NCBI RefSeq assembly: GCF_001447785.1 | Contig: NW_015163746.1 | Span: 1 to 64,000, forward strand | Origin: Gekko japonicus | Lineage: Eukaryota | Reading direction: 5' to 3' | DNA length: 64,000 nucleotides | Shown here: positions 11,258-23,856 of the stretch, piece by piece | Layout: every line of letters starts with the position of its first letter | Numbering within the stretch: the first letter of the stretch is position 1 | Made by a program: the position numbers and the translations under genes | Notes under the pieces: model-generated | What the model saw: only the letters and a program-made list of their open reading frames with translations | What the model was told of the DNA's origin: nothing | Database searches by the model: none

Positions 11258-11507
11258 ATAAGAACATACGAAGAACCTGCTGAATCAGTCTGGTGGTCCA
11301 TCTAGTCCAGCATCCTGTTTCATGCAGTGGCTAACCAGTTGCCCTGGAGGGCAAACAGTGCATAGAGGGCCAATGTCGTCCCCTGCTGGTGCCTCCCAGC
11401 ACTGGTATTCAGAGGTTTACTGCCTTTGGATTTGAAGGCTCCCTTCAGTAACCATAGCTAGTACCCAAAGATAGATTTCTTCAACATTTATATCTAACCC
11501 CCTTTTG

Positions 11508-11542
<35 letters not shown>

Positions 11543-12430
11543 CGCACATTCGAGTGGTAATGTTCTCTGCACGCCAAAATCTGTTGGCTGCCTGAGCTGC
11601 CACTCAGAAGGCACTGGCTGTGTTGGCTGCCTGGGTTGCGGAGTCCCGCCAACAGAAGCAGCAGCCACTGTCTCTGGCTCAGTGTGCTTGGAGCTGATGG
11701 AAGGGATGGATGGGACTCTCTTCAGGGCTGGGGATGGCTGGGGCATCCTTCCCTCCAGCAGCATTGGGGGTGGGGAAGGGGGTCCTCACTTCAGTCCTCT
11801 CCCACGTCCCCCTCCATCCATCACGTGCCCCATACATGGAGTGAGGACCCAGCGCACAGCGGCTGGTTCCCCCCTTGTGCCACCACCACCCCGGCCACTT
11901 ACCTCTCCTCCCCAGCTCCACCCGCTTGAACTGGCTCCACCTCACACACTGGCTACGTTGCCCACCTCTTGCTGTTTAAAATGGCTGTGAGACAGAGTGG
12001 GGCAGGGGGGAGGACAAAAAAGCTGTACAACCAGAGTTGTTGCAGGGGGGCCGCCAAGGTGGAGGAGAGGGCCATCCACGGTAGCGGTGGTCTGGCCATG
12101 GCGCTTGGGGGGGCAGGCGACTGCTGCAGGCCAGAGCACTCTCCCAGGCCGTCTCTAGAGCTCGTTTAATTTCTTTCTGCAATGGCCCTTATTACCAGTG
12201 TGTGTGTGTATTTGTTGCCATCATTACTTCCTCTGGCAGTGAATTCCACAGTTTAATTACTCATTAAGCAATTAAGTATTTCCTTTTGTCTGTTCTGAAC
12301 CTATTTAAAAATCCCTACAATTAAATTGGATGCTCCCAAGTTCTAATATTATGAGAGAGGGACAAAAACCTTCCTCTATTCCACTTTTTCTACCCCATGC
12401 ATAATTTATAAACCTCTATTATGTCCTTCC
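11258..12430 (-). mobile_element. CR1 LINE 3' portion, interrupted at about 11508-12210
   Basis: taagaacat...ccatctagtccagc 3' terminus in reverse. The CR1 C-terminal coding region resumes at 12210-12430. Confidence 0.7.
11508..12210 (-). mobile_element. Unclassified GC-rich element embedded in a (TG)n tract, possibly Helitron/Helentron-derived
   Basis: Flanked by (TG)n on both sides. No TIR or clear TSD. The minus-strand end begins actggtaataagggccattg...aacgagctctaga. Classification is inference. Confidence 0.35.
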
Positions 12431-15400
12431 TAGGGATGGGCACGAACCTTATCACAAACCTAAAGTTGTCCTGAAAATCACCTGGTTCATGAGCTAAGGG
12501 TCATGTGATCACACCCACAACAAACCTACCATGAACCTCCATAGTTTTCATGGAAGTTTGTGTGGTTTGTGTTGGTGGTTTGTTCGATAGACACACTGGC
12601 ACCGATCAATTCATCATCAAAGCAATGGCGAGAATGGACTTCTGCAGCCCTGGAAACACCAATGGTGGCCCTCCAAAGCTCGTCAGGCAGTGCTGGCTGC
12701 CAACAAGAGAGCTCCCATTCTGGTGACTGCCTCCTGGGCCCGAGGAGAAGGATTGCCCATCTGCAGCAACAATGTGTATGATGAGGAGGCAAGCAGTACC
12801 CTAGCCCCCAAACCAATCCTCACCAAACTTGGAGGGCAGGTAGAGGGACATCCCAGGGAGGTACTGTGTGCATTTGATGGCTCTAGCTTATGGAGGGTCC
12901 ATTCAACACACTCCTGAACCTGCAGCTGTGATTCCCCAGAGGGCACTTTCCTGAGGGTACCAGCTAAATCCAATCCTCACCAGACTTGGAGGGCAGGTAG
13001 AGGAGAGTCAGCAGGAGACTCGTAAGTTTGTCATCTTTAGCCTGCAGGAAGGCTGCTCTACGTCATCACAGATCACATGAAATTAACCGGTTCGGTAAGC
13101 AGGAAGGTTTGTGAAGGTTTGTGGTTCATGAACCCCCACAAACTGGGACAAACCTCCATTTTCTTTTTTTTCTTTTTTTTGTGCATGCACTTTATTAGGT
13201 TTTTAGGGTATACAGAGATAATGGAGAAAAAAATAACAAGTCTTCTGCATGTAACCCTTCTCCACATATTATTTCACACTGTGAGATTTTAAAAGTTCAT
13301 AAAGGTTTCTTCATATTATATCAAAAAGTTCATATCTTTATATTTCTTTCTAATCCAGTCGTAGAATGGAGTCCATAGTCCAACAAAGTCTTCTTCCATT
13401 TCCCCTTTTAAGATCAAAGTGAGTTTGTCCATTTCCACACTTTATTATTATGTCTTGTTCAGAGGGTATTGCTGCAAGTTTTCAAAAAGTTGCATATAAG
13501 ATTCTAGCTGCTGTTACTACATGGATTATATCTTTGATTTTTTATCAAACTCATCTGCTATACAATTCAGTAAAAACAATTCTGGTTGAAAAGGTGATGA
13601 AGTCTGCAAAACTGCCTGTATAAATGTATGTACCATAATGCAAAACTTGAGTACAGTTTCACATGTCCACCACATATGGTAAAACATACCTACATTTTTT
13701 TACACTTCCAGCAACTATTAGACATATTTTTGTACATTTTAGCTACTCTATCTGGTGTTAAATACCATTTATAAAACATCTTATACAAATTCTCTTTAAA
13801 TGCAACCGATTTGGTCATTTTCACGTTCACTTTCCACAGTTTACTCCACTGTGCAAGATCAATATTATAACCTAGATTTTGCATACCTTTGGTCATACAG
13901 TCTTTAACCACTTCATCCTCCATTTTCATTTGCATTAAAATACATACATTTTCTTAATCAACTTATCATTAGATATACATAACAATTTTTCAAATGCACA
14001 TTGTTCTAAATAAAAACCAGTTTTTCTATCTTTAGCATATTTAGATTCAATTTGAGCCCTTACCCACCAATCTAAGAATTTTGTCCAGTGAAATTAAGCT
14101 TGGTTGTGAAAAGGCTTCAGGGGGTGAGACCCACTTTGGAATTTTAGAATATACCAATGGTAGAATCTTTCCCCAAGTTGATAATAAGGATTTTCTTATC
14201 AAATGATTTTTAAAGTATGCCCAGCTGCTTCCCCATACCAAACAAAAGCATGCCATCCTATCTTTAAATCATGCCCTTCTAGGACTATAAATCCTTGATT
14301 TTCAAACAAAATCCAATCTCTCATCCAAATCAAACAGGACGCTCTATAATATGTCCTCCAATCTGGTAAAGCAAAACCAGCATTTTCTTTGAAGTCTTGC
14401 AATGCTTTCAATTTAATTCTTGGCTTTTCCCCTTGCCAAATACAATTCAATGTTAACTTATTCATATCTTCAAAGAAGGATCGACTGATGCAAACAGGAA
14501 TAGTCTGATATAGAAAGATGATACATGGCAATATGTTCATTTTAATGGCTGCAATCCTTCCCATCAAAGATAGAATGGAGATCTTTCAATTTTTCTAGAT
14601 ATATTTTTTTAATTTCTTGGAGCAATTTCAGGTGATTATCCTTCATCAAAGAACTACACTTCAGAGTTAAATATATTCCCAAATACTTAACTCTTTTGTC
14701 CAACTGAAATCCTGTTAAATTAATTAACTCATTTTTAGTAGAAATCATATTTTTTGTTATAACCTTTCTCTCCTGATAATTTATTTTCATCCCAGCCATT
14801 TCCCCATACTTATTAATTTTATTCAGCAAATGTTCTATAGAGCCTGCTGGGTCCTCCAAGATAAATACTAAGTAATCAGCAGAAGCTTGTAGCTTATACT
14901 TATGACCCTTAATTGAAACTCCTTTAATTGTAGGATCTTCTCTGATATCTCTTGTCAAAACTTCCAAAGTTTAAATAAATAGAAGTGGTGACAGAGGACA
15001 GCCTTGTCTTGTTCCTTTTTCAATTAAAATAGTATCTGTCAAATCACCATTTATGACTCTCCTTGCTTTCTGTTTAGTACAAATAGCTTCAATTACCCTT
15101 ATAACCTCAGTCCCAAATTTCATTTCTTTCATCTGTTCAATAAGAAATTGCCAACTAACATTATCAAAGGCTTTTTCAGCATCCAAATATACCAGAATCA
15201 TCTGTTTCTCAGGATGGGCTACGTAATATTCTAATATATTTAAGATCATTCTAACATTGTTCCTTAATTGCCTTTTAGGTAAAAATCCTGTTTGGTCTTG
15301 ATATATAAATTCTGATAAAACTTTTTTCAGTCTCGTAGCTAAAATTAATGCAAAAAAATGTTATAATCAGAATTAAGGAGAGAGATAGGTCGCTCGTTCT

Positions 15401-16322
15401 TAATTTCTTTTGGGTCCGTTTCTTCTTTGTGAATCAGTGAGATAGTTGCTTCCAACCAAGATTCAGGAAGAACCCTCTCTTCTATAACTGTCATGATCAT
15501 ATTTTGTATGGTGGAAGGATAGTATCTTCTAGTGCTTTATAATATTCTGCAGGTATCCCATCTGGGCCCGGTGCTTTCCCCATATTTTGTTTTTGTATAG
15601 CTTCCGTAATTTCCATTATTGTAATGGGGTCATTAAGATATCTCCTGTTCTCTTCAGATTGTATAGGAAGTCTGTTTTTGTAGATATTGTATTTGGTTTT
15701 CCCTTAGGATTTCCACTTCCCTTTGTAACTGCTTGTAAAAAGATTCCACAATTTTCTTTAGTTCTTCCTTCTGGAACTTCTCTTTCTTATCATCGTCATA
15801 CAAGGAGTGGATCAATCTCTTTTCTCTTTCCTTTCTAAGTTTATAGGCTAACCATTGCCCCAATTTATTTGCACGTTCAAAATAATTCTGTTTAGCAAAT
15901 TAATATTTTTAGCAATGTCTTCTGATAGCAACAAATTGAGCTGGGGCTGAAGAACTTTAATTTTAGATTTTAAATTTTCATTTGAAGAGTTTATTTTCAG
16001 GTCCCCCTCATTTTTCTTCAATACACCCATAATATTTTGATAATGTGTTGCCAGCACTGCCTGTTGAGCTTTGGAGGGCCACTATTGGTGTTTTCAGGGG
16101 TGCAGAAGTGCATCCCCCCATTGCTTTGACAATTAATTGATCAGTGCCAGGATATCTGCCACACAAACCACCAACACAAACTTCATGAACCTTCATAAAA
16201 ATCATGGAGGTTCACTGGAAGTTCGTTGCAAGCATGATTCCATGACCCTTGGCTCACAAACCACAAACCAGACGATTTTCATGATGGATTTAGGTTTGTG
16301 GCAAGGTTTGTGCTCATCCCTA
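12431..16322. mobile_element. TAGGGATG-type hAT-like element with long (about 270 bp) inverted arms, interrupted by L1
   Basis: TAGGGATGGGCAC...GTGCTCATCCCTA. 12431-12705 is a diverged inverted copy of 16046-16322. No matching TSD. Confidence 0.6.
13158..16045 (-). mobile_element. Decayed 5'-truncated L1 (ORF2 RT and C-terminus)
   Basis: Fragments LDAEKAFDNV, GTRQGCPLSPLLF, LQASADYL, KYLGI and CWKC. Poly(A) appears as a T-run at 13160-13180. Confidence 0.92.
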
Positions 16323-16329
16323 CTCCTGA

Positions 16330-16558
16330 GTCTTTAGTCAGGTACCTTGCCAAAAGACTTTTGGAAGTTCAAAAATACAATTTCTACTGGAATACCATTA
16401 TCCACAAGTTTGTTAACCTGCTCTGAGTACTTTGAAAGGTTGGTGAGGCAGGACTTCCCTTTGCAGATGCCCTGTTGATTTTTCCTTAGCAGATTTTGTT
16501 ACTTGACGTGCTTATCAATTCTTTCTTTCATAAGAGTTTATACTAGTGGTAGCCAGTA
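16330..16558 (-). mobile_element. CR1 RT fragment
   Basis: QQGICKGKSCLTNL...IVFLNFQKSFGKVP. Confidence 0.85.
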
Positions 16559-16800
16559 GAGTTCTGATACACAAATCTGCCTGCATGCTCCTGTTGCCAA
16601 ATTGGAAACACACAGTTGAAGTCCAACGAGTTAGATGAATATCTGTTTAATGCATTGAAACAGGGAATACAGGGCTGAGTACCATAGTACTTCAGCAATT
16701 CCAAAGCTGTATTCTGCCATGACCAGGAAGGGCAGAAGGTCTTATACCCCGAATGACATCACATATAGTTTACACATTAAAGAATCTCTAATTGGTACTA

Positions 16801-17030
16801 CTCCTGCCAACCTAGCAGTTCGAAAGCAAGAAATTGCAAGTAGATAAATAGGTACCACTTCAGTGGGAAGGTAACAGCGTTCCGTGCACCTTGGTGTTTA
16901 GTCATGCCGGCCACATGACCACAGAAACGTCTTCGGACAGCGCTGGCTCTTCGGCTTTGAAACGGAGATGAGCACCGCAACCCTAGAGTCGGATTCGACT
17001 GGCTTTCGAGCAAGGGAACCTTTACCTTTA
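16801..17030 (+). mobile_element. Sauria SINE, 5'-truncated
   Basis: 3' half of Sauria SINE with 13-bp TSD CTAATTGGTACTA (16788-16800, 17031-17043). Confidence 0.9.
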
Positions 17031-17086
17031 CTAATTGGTACTAAGCCGTTAACATCATACAAGCATCATTTGACTTTAAACCTTAC

Positions 17087-17301
17087 TATTGGTCATGTAT
17101 GTCGGTGACTGCATTTGCTTATCTACTCTTCAGAACAATAGGGAACACTGAGATCCTTTCTGACCTTAGTGAAGCTAGTCCCTCTTTCCCATGTTTTTGG
17201 GGAGCTGGGTGATACAGGTTGTGATTCACATTTAACTTTGCTCTTGACGTCCTTGCAGCTTCTTGAATACACATTCCATTCTTATTGCATCCCAATTCCA
17301 T
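17087..17301 (-). pseudogene. iGluR-like exon remnant 6 (second half of S2)
   Basis: Acceptor tttgtag|, donor |gtaagg. Reads DAIRME (cf. DAFIMD), NLYHPAPQKHGKEGLA and IVLKSR*ANAVTDIHDQ* (cf. ILKSHENGFMEDLDKTW, MLHDKWY). Phase-2 ends match exons 5 and 7. Its position inside a split CR1 is anomalous. Confidence 0.55.
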
Positions 17302-17456
17302 CTACAAAGGCTTCTAATAATACTTTTACTTAATATGGCTCCTTATACAAAAAGTGCAATTATAAAATATATATTCTGCCATAAGTTTCTCTAATCAGAA
17401 AATTCTAGGTTACATACCAAGATCTGGATCTATTATGATTAAACTTTTGAAGGCAC

Positions 17457-17786
17457 CGTGACAGCTGTCAGCACAGAAACGTATCAGCAGAAATGTCAGA
17501 ACTCACATTCAGAAATCACATTCATTTTCCCCTTGTCCTACAGTTCTAGGGGCTTGCAACTCACCCTGCCTATCTCCCTGGTTTTGCAGCTGCTTCTCTG
17601 TAAGCCCAAGGTCATGCCCTCTCCCCCTGGAGAGCTGTGCCCAATATTATGAGAGCCTGGCCATACTCGGCTTGTCCTGTGTTTCATCTCCCACACCACT
17701 GATAGGTGCCTAGTCTGCCCAGCCCAGGAGGCCCAGCTTGCCACCTTCCAGCTAGGTGCTCACTCCCAAGGAGGGGCCATGTCACA
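17457..17786. mobile_element. LTR-like segment
   Basis: (C)GTGACA...TGTCACA termini; no TSD. Confidence 0.35.
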
Positions 17787-18350
17787 TACTGCCTTTAGAC
17801 TAACTGGCCTGTAATTTCCAAGATTCATTCTGGACCCCTTTTTAAAAACTGTTTGCTATTTTCCAGTCATCTGTCACAGAGCCTGATTTCAGAGACAAGT
17901 TACACGTACTTGTTAGTAGATCAATAAATTCCTATTTGAATTCTTTAGTGGGTGTAGGCCATCTGGGCCTGCAGATTTACACTGGTTTTTAGTTTGCCTA
18001 CTAGTCTAGAACTTCATCTCTAGTCACCTCAATTGGACTCAGTTCTTCAAACACCCTTCCCCAAAACAGTGATTCCAGTGTAAGTATGTGCTCCACGTTT
18101 TTGACATGGAGAACAGATGCAAAGAATTCATTCAAGTTTTCTGCCATCTCCCCATCTTTCTTAAGCAATCCTTTTATTCCTTGTCATCCAAAGGCCCAAT
18201 CACCTCCCTAGCTGGTTTCCTGTTCCTATTTGAAGAAATGCTCATTATTTGTCTTAACATTTTTGGCCATCCATTCCCAAATTCTCTTGTTGGTTTCCTT
18301 CTTGTCAACTTTCCTTTGTTTCGCCAGAATTTGTTCACCTTTCTGTTGAC
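17787..18350 (-). mobile_element. CR1 ORF2 fragment (upstream of RT core)
   Basis: GNYRPVSL, GPDGLHP and REVIGPLDDK motifs. Confidence 0.85.
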
Positions 18351-18630
18351 TTGGAGTAAATCGGAGTCTAGCCTGGACTCTGTCTCTTGCGTCCCCACCC
18401 CCCACAGGAAGGTATAACTGATATCAAACACCTTGGATGAGTTTTATGTTGTATTATACTGGTTTAACTGGTTTTACTGTTAACTATTCAAATTTATTGA
18501 TTTATCGGTATATGTTGTACACCGCCCTAAGCCTTCTGGGGAAGGGCGGTTTATAAACTGAATCAATCAATCAGTCAGTCTTTTGTGAATTGCTGTTTGG
18601 ACAATTTTCTAGATACAGTGTTTGGCATGT

Positions 18631-19136
18631 AGGGAGCGGTGGCGCAGGAAAAGGGAGCGGTGGCGCAGGCGGTAAAACACCTGCTGGTAACATCAGTGAA
18701 CAGCTGCTACAGCTGTTCGAGACCCACCGCGGCTAGGGTGAGCTCCTGGCCCTAGTCCCAGCTCCCGCCCACCCAGCGGTTCGAAAGCAATTAATATACA
18801 TGAGTAGATGAATGGGTACCTGCCCTTAGGTAGCAGGGGGCACCCTCCCCGTACGGGGGTGTGTGGCAGGAGCAGTAGAAGCGACTGCAGCGGTGATGGT
18901 GGAAATGGCGGCGATGGAGTGGTGTAGCGTCGGAGCGGCAGAGCGAAGGCAAGCGGAGCGACGGATGTGGAGACAGAGGTGGAGCTACAGAAGGACGTGG
19001 TGACGTGACGCAAGCGCAGCGCAGCCGTACGGACATTAGCTGGGCTGTAAGTCGATACGACCCACATACCAGATGAGCCCGCCGAAAGAAAGAAAGAAAG
19101 AAGAAGCCGCCAGACCGGATGACCACACCAGGAACC
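18631..19136 (+). mobile_element. SINE-like element copy C (runs into gap)
   Basis: A-box-like TGGCGCAGGCGG (18661-18672), B-box-like GTTCGAGAC (18715-18723), Sauria-like core, then a CpG-rich body related to 2940-3200. Confidence 0.6.
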
Positions 19137-19556
19137 NNNNNNNNNNNNNNNNNNNNNNNNNNNNNNNNNNNNNNNNNNNNNNNNNNNNNNNNNNNNNNNN
19201 NNNNNNNNNNNNNNNNNNNNNNNNNNNNNNNNNNNNNNNNNNNNNNNNNNNNNNNNNNNNNNNNNNNNNNNNNNNNNNNNNNNNNNNNNNNNNNNNNNNN
19301 NNNNNNNNNNNNNNNNNNNNNNNNNNNNNNNNNNNNNNNNNNNNNNNNNNNNNNNNNNNNNNNNNNNNNNNNNNNNNNNNNNNNNNNNNNNNNNNNNNNN
19401 NNNNNNNNNNNNNNNNNNNNNNNNNNNNNNNNNNNNNNNNNNNNNNNNNNNNNNNNNNNNNNNNNNNNNNNNNNNNNNNNNNNNNNNNNNNNNNNNNNNN
19501 NNNNNNNNNNNNNNNNNNNNNNNNNNNNNNNNNNNNNNNNNNNNNNNNNNNNNNNN
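19137..19556. other. Assembly gap
   Basis: Run of N. Confidence 1.
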
Positions 19557-19820
19557 AGTGGTTCCAGGCTCTGCGCTCTACGAGCTACACTTGTGTCTAC
19601 ATTTCACAAAATACTAGTAGTCCGTTGTAAGTCACAAATCTAGACCAGTATGTGACTGAGGAGGAGCCAAAGTTATATAATCTACCTCTGAGACATTAGC
19701 ACTCCAGAAGACAGGATTTTACTGCTGCAGTCATAATGCATGATGGCTTTGTTGAGTTTTTCATAAAGCACTAGTCCAATTTTTTTTAAAAAAATAGCAT
19801 GAGTCGTATATATGTTGCAG

Positions 19821-20050
19821 TAGGGTTGCCAAGTGCTTTCTTACCTGGAGCGGGGAACTCCCGGGTCGCGTCTGGAGTTTTCCCTCGGATGACCATGGCC
19901 CCGCCCCCAGTGTGCCCCGCGTCATCACGTCACTTCCGGGTGACGTGCACGTCGGGGTGGGGTTCCCCCCGGGGCCCGATCCACCAGCGGTGGGGAACGG
20001 GCCTCTGGGGCGGCAGTTTCCCCGCCCCCCCGGGGGACTTGGCAAGCCTA
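19821..20050. mobile_element. TAGGGTTGCCA-type hAT MITE, CpG-rich
   Basis: TIR TAGGGTTGCCAAG/CTTGGCAAGCCTA and 8-bp TSD TGTTGCAG. Inserted in the head of a tRNA-derived SINE (about 19810-20230). Confidence 0.9.
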
Positions 20051-20116
20051 TGTTGCAGTAGTTTAAGATGTTGAACTAGGAGTGACCTGGGTTCAAATCC
20101 CCACTCCACCATGAAG

Positions 20117-21469
20117 GACAGATCTTGACCTCTCTCAGCTTAACTTACTTCACAGAGTTCTTGTGAGGATAAAATGAGGAAGTGAACATCCTGGATAACA
20201 TTCTGACCTCTCTGAAGGAAGACCGGGATAAAAGGTCATTAGATATGTTGTGATGAGTTCTTGTAACCCCTAGCTAGGAATGGAATGAACCAGGAAGGGG
20301 TGGAGCCTCTAGAAGCAGAAGGGTTCTGAATGTGTGGAAAGCAGAAGAGGGAAGCAAGACCTGCTGGGGAGCTTGAGCCTTAATCATAGGCTCTTAACAT
20401 CTTGTTTAAGGTAACTATGATTTGTGTATGAAAACTCTTTAGGGAGGGAGACTTTTGTTCTAAATTGTAAATTTTAGAATTATTGTTTCAGGGCTGTGTT
20501 CTCTAATGGGGAATTCATTTGGGACCCTCATCTTCAAAGCTGGTGCACAGAGTGTTCAGCTGGAGACTTCCTAGGCCACCAGCAAGAGGAAAAAGATGGA
20601 CTTTGGGGGTGACAAGCTGTGAAGGCAGGAAAAGTTAATTGCTTGGATGTTAAAAGATCATTGTTCTGTTGTGTGAGCAAGTTCTGTGTTCTTGTTACAT
20701 GATATGATGGTTGCGTGAAAAGTAAAAATGTTTTATTCTCTTTAAATTATTGCAAGATTCATTCCAAGTTCTGCCCCTTGACTGCCTGGCTCTACCGTGA
20801 CATTCACTGACAGATCATGACCTCTCTCAACTTAACTTACTTCACAGAGTTCTTGTGAGGATAAAATGAGGAAGTGAAAATCCTGGATAACATTTTGAGC
20901 TCTCTGAAGGAAGACCGGGATAAAAGGTCATTAGATATGTTCTGATGAGTTCTTGTAACCCCTAGCTAGGAATGGAATGAACCAGGAAGGGGTGGAGCCT
21001 CTAGAAGCAGAAGGGTTCTGAATGTGTGGAAAGCAGAAGAGGGAAGCAAGACCTGCTGGGGAGCTTGAGCCTTAATCATAGGCTCTTAACATCTTGTTTA
21101 AGGTAACTATGATTTGTGTATGGAAACTCTTCAGGGAGGGAGACTTTTGTTCTAAATTGTAAATTTTAGAATTATTGTTTCAGGGCTGTGTTGTCTAATG
21201 GGGAATTCATTTGGGACCCTCATCTTCAAAGCTGGTGCACAGAGTGTTCAGCTGGAGACTTCCTAGGCCACCAGCAAGAGGAAAAAGATGGACTTTGGGG
21301 GTGACAAGCTGTGAAGGCAGGAAAAGTTAATTGTTTGGATGTTAAAAGATCATTGTTCTGTTGTGTGAGCAAGTTCTGTGTTCTTGTTACATGATATGAT
21401 GGTTGCGTGAAAAGTAAAAATGTTTTATTCTCTTTAAATTATTGCAAGATTCATTCCAAGTTCTGCCCC
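20117..21469 (+). repeat. Tandem duplication, period about 692 bp (SINE tail plus LTR-like sequence)
   Basis: 20117-20777 matches 20809-21469 with scattered substitutions. About 31 bp of filler at the junction. Confidence 0.9.
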
Positions 21470-23301
21470 CACAGAACCCACAAGCTGAGATTACATGTTC
21501 ACAGTGCATAATTCACCACAATCTTTTCAGATGCCTTTATCTTCAAACACATATGGGTATCAGTTACAATGAGGGGAAGTACCATAACATTTCCAAGTCT
21601 CCAGATTAATGCTAGCAGACTTGGGTATGCTCACATAGATGTTCATAACAGTAGACACAAGAGGCCAGAGTGCTAACACATGGGTGTATTGTTAGCCAAA
21701 TTGCCCGTGCTAACAGGCTTGGGTATGCTCACATAGATGTTTGTAACAGTAGACACATGGGTGTATTGTTAGCCAAATTGCCTTATTTATTAATAAATTT
21801 GAGGAATTATGAACAGACAACAGGCATAAAATATAGGATCATAATCCATGTATACTAGAGTCAGATTTCCCAGAGCCCATGGATAGACGAGGAGGCTATG
21901 TTATTAAATAATTGATTTCTTTACTAAATGTTGTTCAAGCATACAAATAATAATCAAGCATTCACACATGCAATACAGAACTAGGAATACAGAGTTTAAA
22001 GGACAGCAACATTTGCATGACCAGGAATATCGTTGGTGGGTAATACATTACCTTTCCAATGAGACAAGTAGATCATGCAGCAAAAAATGAAACACACTAA
22101 GGGGGAAGGGATCATGAGTTGACCAGCAACACACATGAACTGATTCCAAACTGGCCGAGAATGGAACCAACAAGGTAGGATGGGGTTAGGAGAGGTAGAA
22201 GCAAGAGAACGAGCTCAGGGATAACCCAACTTAAATAGCTAAATTGTGACCTGAGACAATGGATTATGTGGTCACTGGTTCCCAGGAAGTACTAGGGGGG
22301 GGGGGGAAAACTAAACTCTGGATGGGAGCATAAAGGGTTTAATAGCTAGGCAATTGGAAACTGATGATCAGTAGGGAGTGACACCTCTGGGGGAAGGGGT
22401 TGAGACAAAGAAGAGAGAGAAGAAATCCAATCACGTTGCAGGTCTGGTGCTTTGTGATCAGATGCATGACAGTGGTGTTATCTGGATGGGTGGCAGGAAG
22501 GCTTGATTGCTGCTATTGTCTTTAGCTGGGCACAGTATTTTGTTTTAGGCTGGCTCAGGAGGAAGAGGAATGTGTTGTTTTCCAGGTGAAGCTAACACCC
22601 AAAGGGAGGGGGGGAAGCTGTGTGATGGAGAAGAGGTTCCTTCATTGCTTCCGTTCAGGAACATCTGTCCTCTACCAGAGCATGGCTTCTTATCTGATCT
22701 GCTGCTGTATCTGTGTGTATGGAGGCCAGGGCTGTTGTCTGCATTCCGTGGCTTGGGTGTTTGCAGAGGGGCAGGGGCAGGAGGCTCCTGTTGTCCTGAG
22801 TCCACTTCTGGCTTGGCCTACTTCCTTGGCACAAGGCTCCCCTTGGCCAGAGTGTACAGCCCATAGTCCAGCATAGGGCACTTCACTAGGACCACAGCTC
22901 TGTCCATTGCCCTGGCACACCCTCTTCACAGTCCAGCAAGGCAGTCATATTAAAGAGTCTTTAATAATGCCATCTGAAGTGGCTTCATGGTGACACTATT
23001 AGATGATAGCACAGGAGAACCAATAATAGCATAATGGGCACAATCACAGAATTAGGAGCTGAGTACAGTTTTTTTTTTAAAATTTATTTTTATATTTTGT
23101 ACGGTACACATAACACAATAAACAGTACAAACACCATCATGTAAAGCAGGAAAGTGTACATCACAGAAGGTTAAAAGGTATAACTACCGTATGGGCTCAT
23201 GTTTTAGTTGTACTCTGACAATCCCGGCTATTAACAATATTGCTTACTTAAATTCTTTGTTTACTCTTTACTCTATAGCTAATCTGATGGATTAATCAAA
23301 C

Positions 23302-23562
23302 CTCAGTGCGCAGTAATTGGAGTGATATAGACCGAACTGTTTGTGGACTTGGACTCAGCATCTACTGTCTGTTTTGTGCATCCAGGACCCCTATGATGCA
23401 GCAAAAATTGGCTGTTATGTATAAAACAGGATCCTATCCCCCTCTTTTGCCTGTCTGTTACTAGTTTCCATAAGTGCAGCATATACGTTAGCAATGTAAT
23501 GAATATAGACACAGGAGTCTCCAGTGAACTCCAGCTAGCAGATCCAGATGATGATAAAGTCT
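23302..23562 (-). pseudogene. iGluR-like exon remnant 5 (M3 and first half of S2)
   Basis: Acceptor tttttatag|. Reading across frames gives TLSS..LLAGVHW..LCL, HYIANVYAALM (23472-23501), GI/DPVL (cf. GINDPRL, GIHDPKL) and IFAAS*GSW, ending LR at AG|gtttga. Confidence 0.7.
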
Positions 23563-23856
23563 CTATAAAAATGCTGTTTAAATAATTAACTATAGACTCA
23601 TAGAATCATAGAGTTGGAAGGGACCTCTGTCTATGGTTTTTACAACCTGATGGATTAAAAAACTTTTATACAGGGGATCAAGGGATATTATTTTTTTAAA
23701 GGTAGGATGTCAATCACCTGAACTCAGAGGATCCCTGTGTGAGTATATCCAACTTAAAAATGACTCCTCTTCAGGCTTTTTGCTGGAATAAATTATGATG
23801 ATTTAGTGCATTTTGTTTTATGTACTCTGATAATCTACTGGCAGGATCATACTTAC

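Noticed and set aside
18661-18730. tRNA gene
   Set aside because: A/B-box-like motifs are present, but I see no cloverleaf or terminator and the sequence continues into a SINE core.
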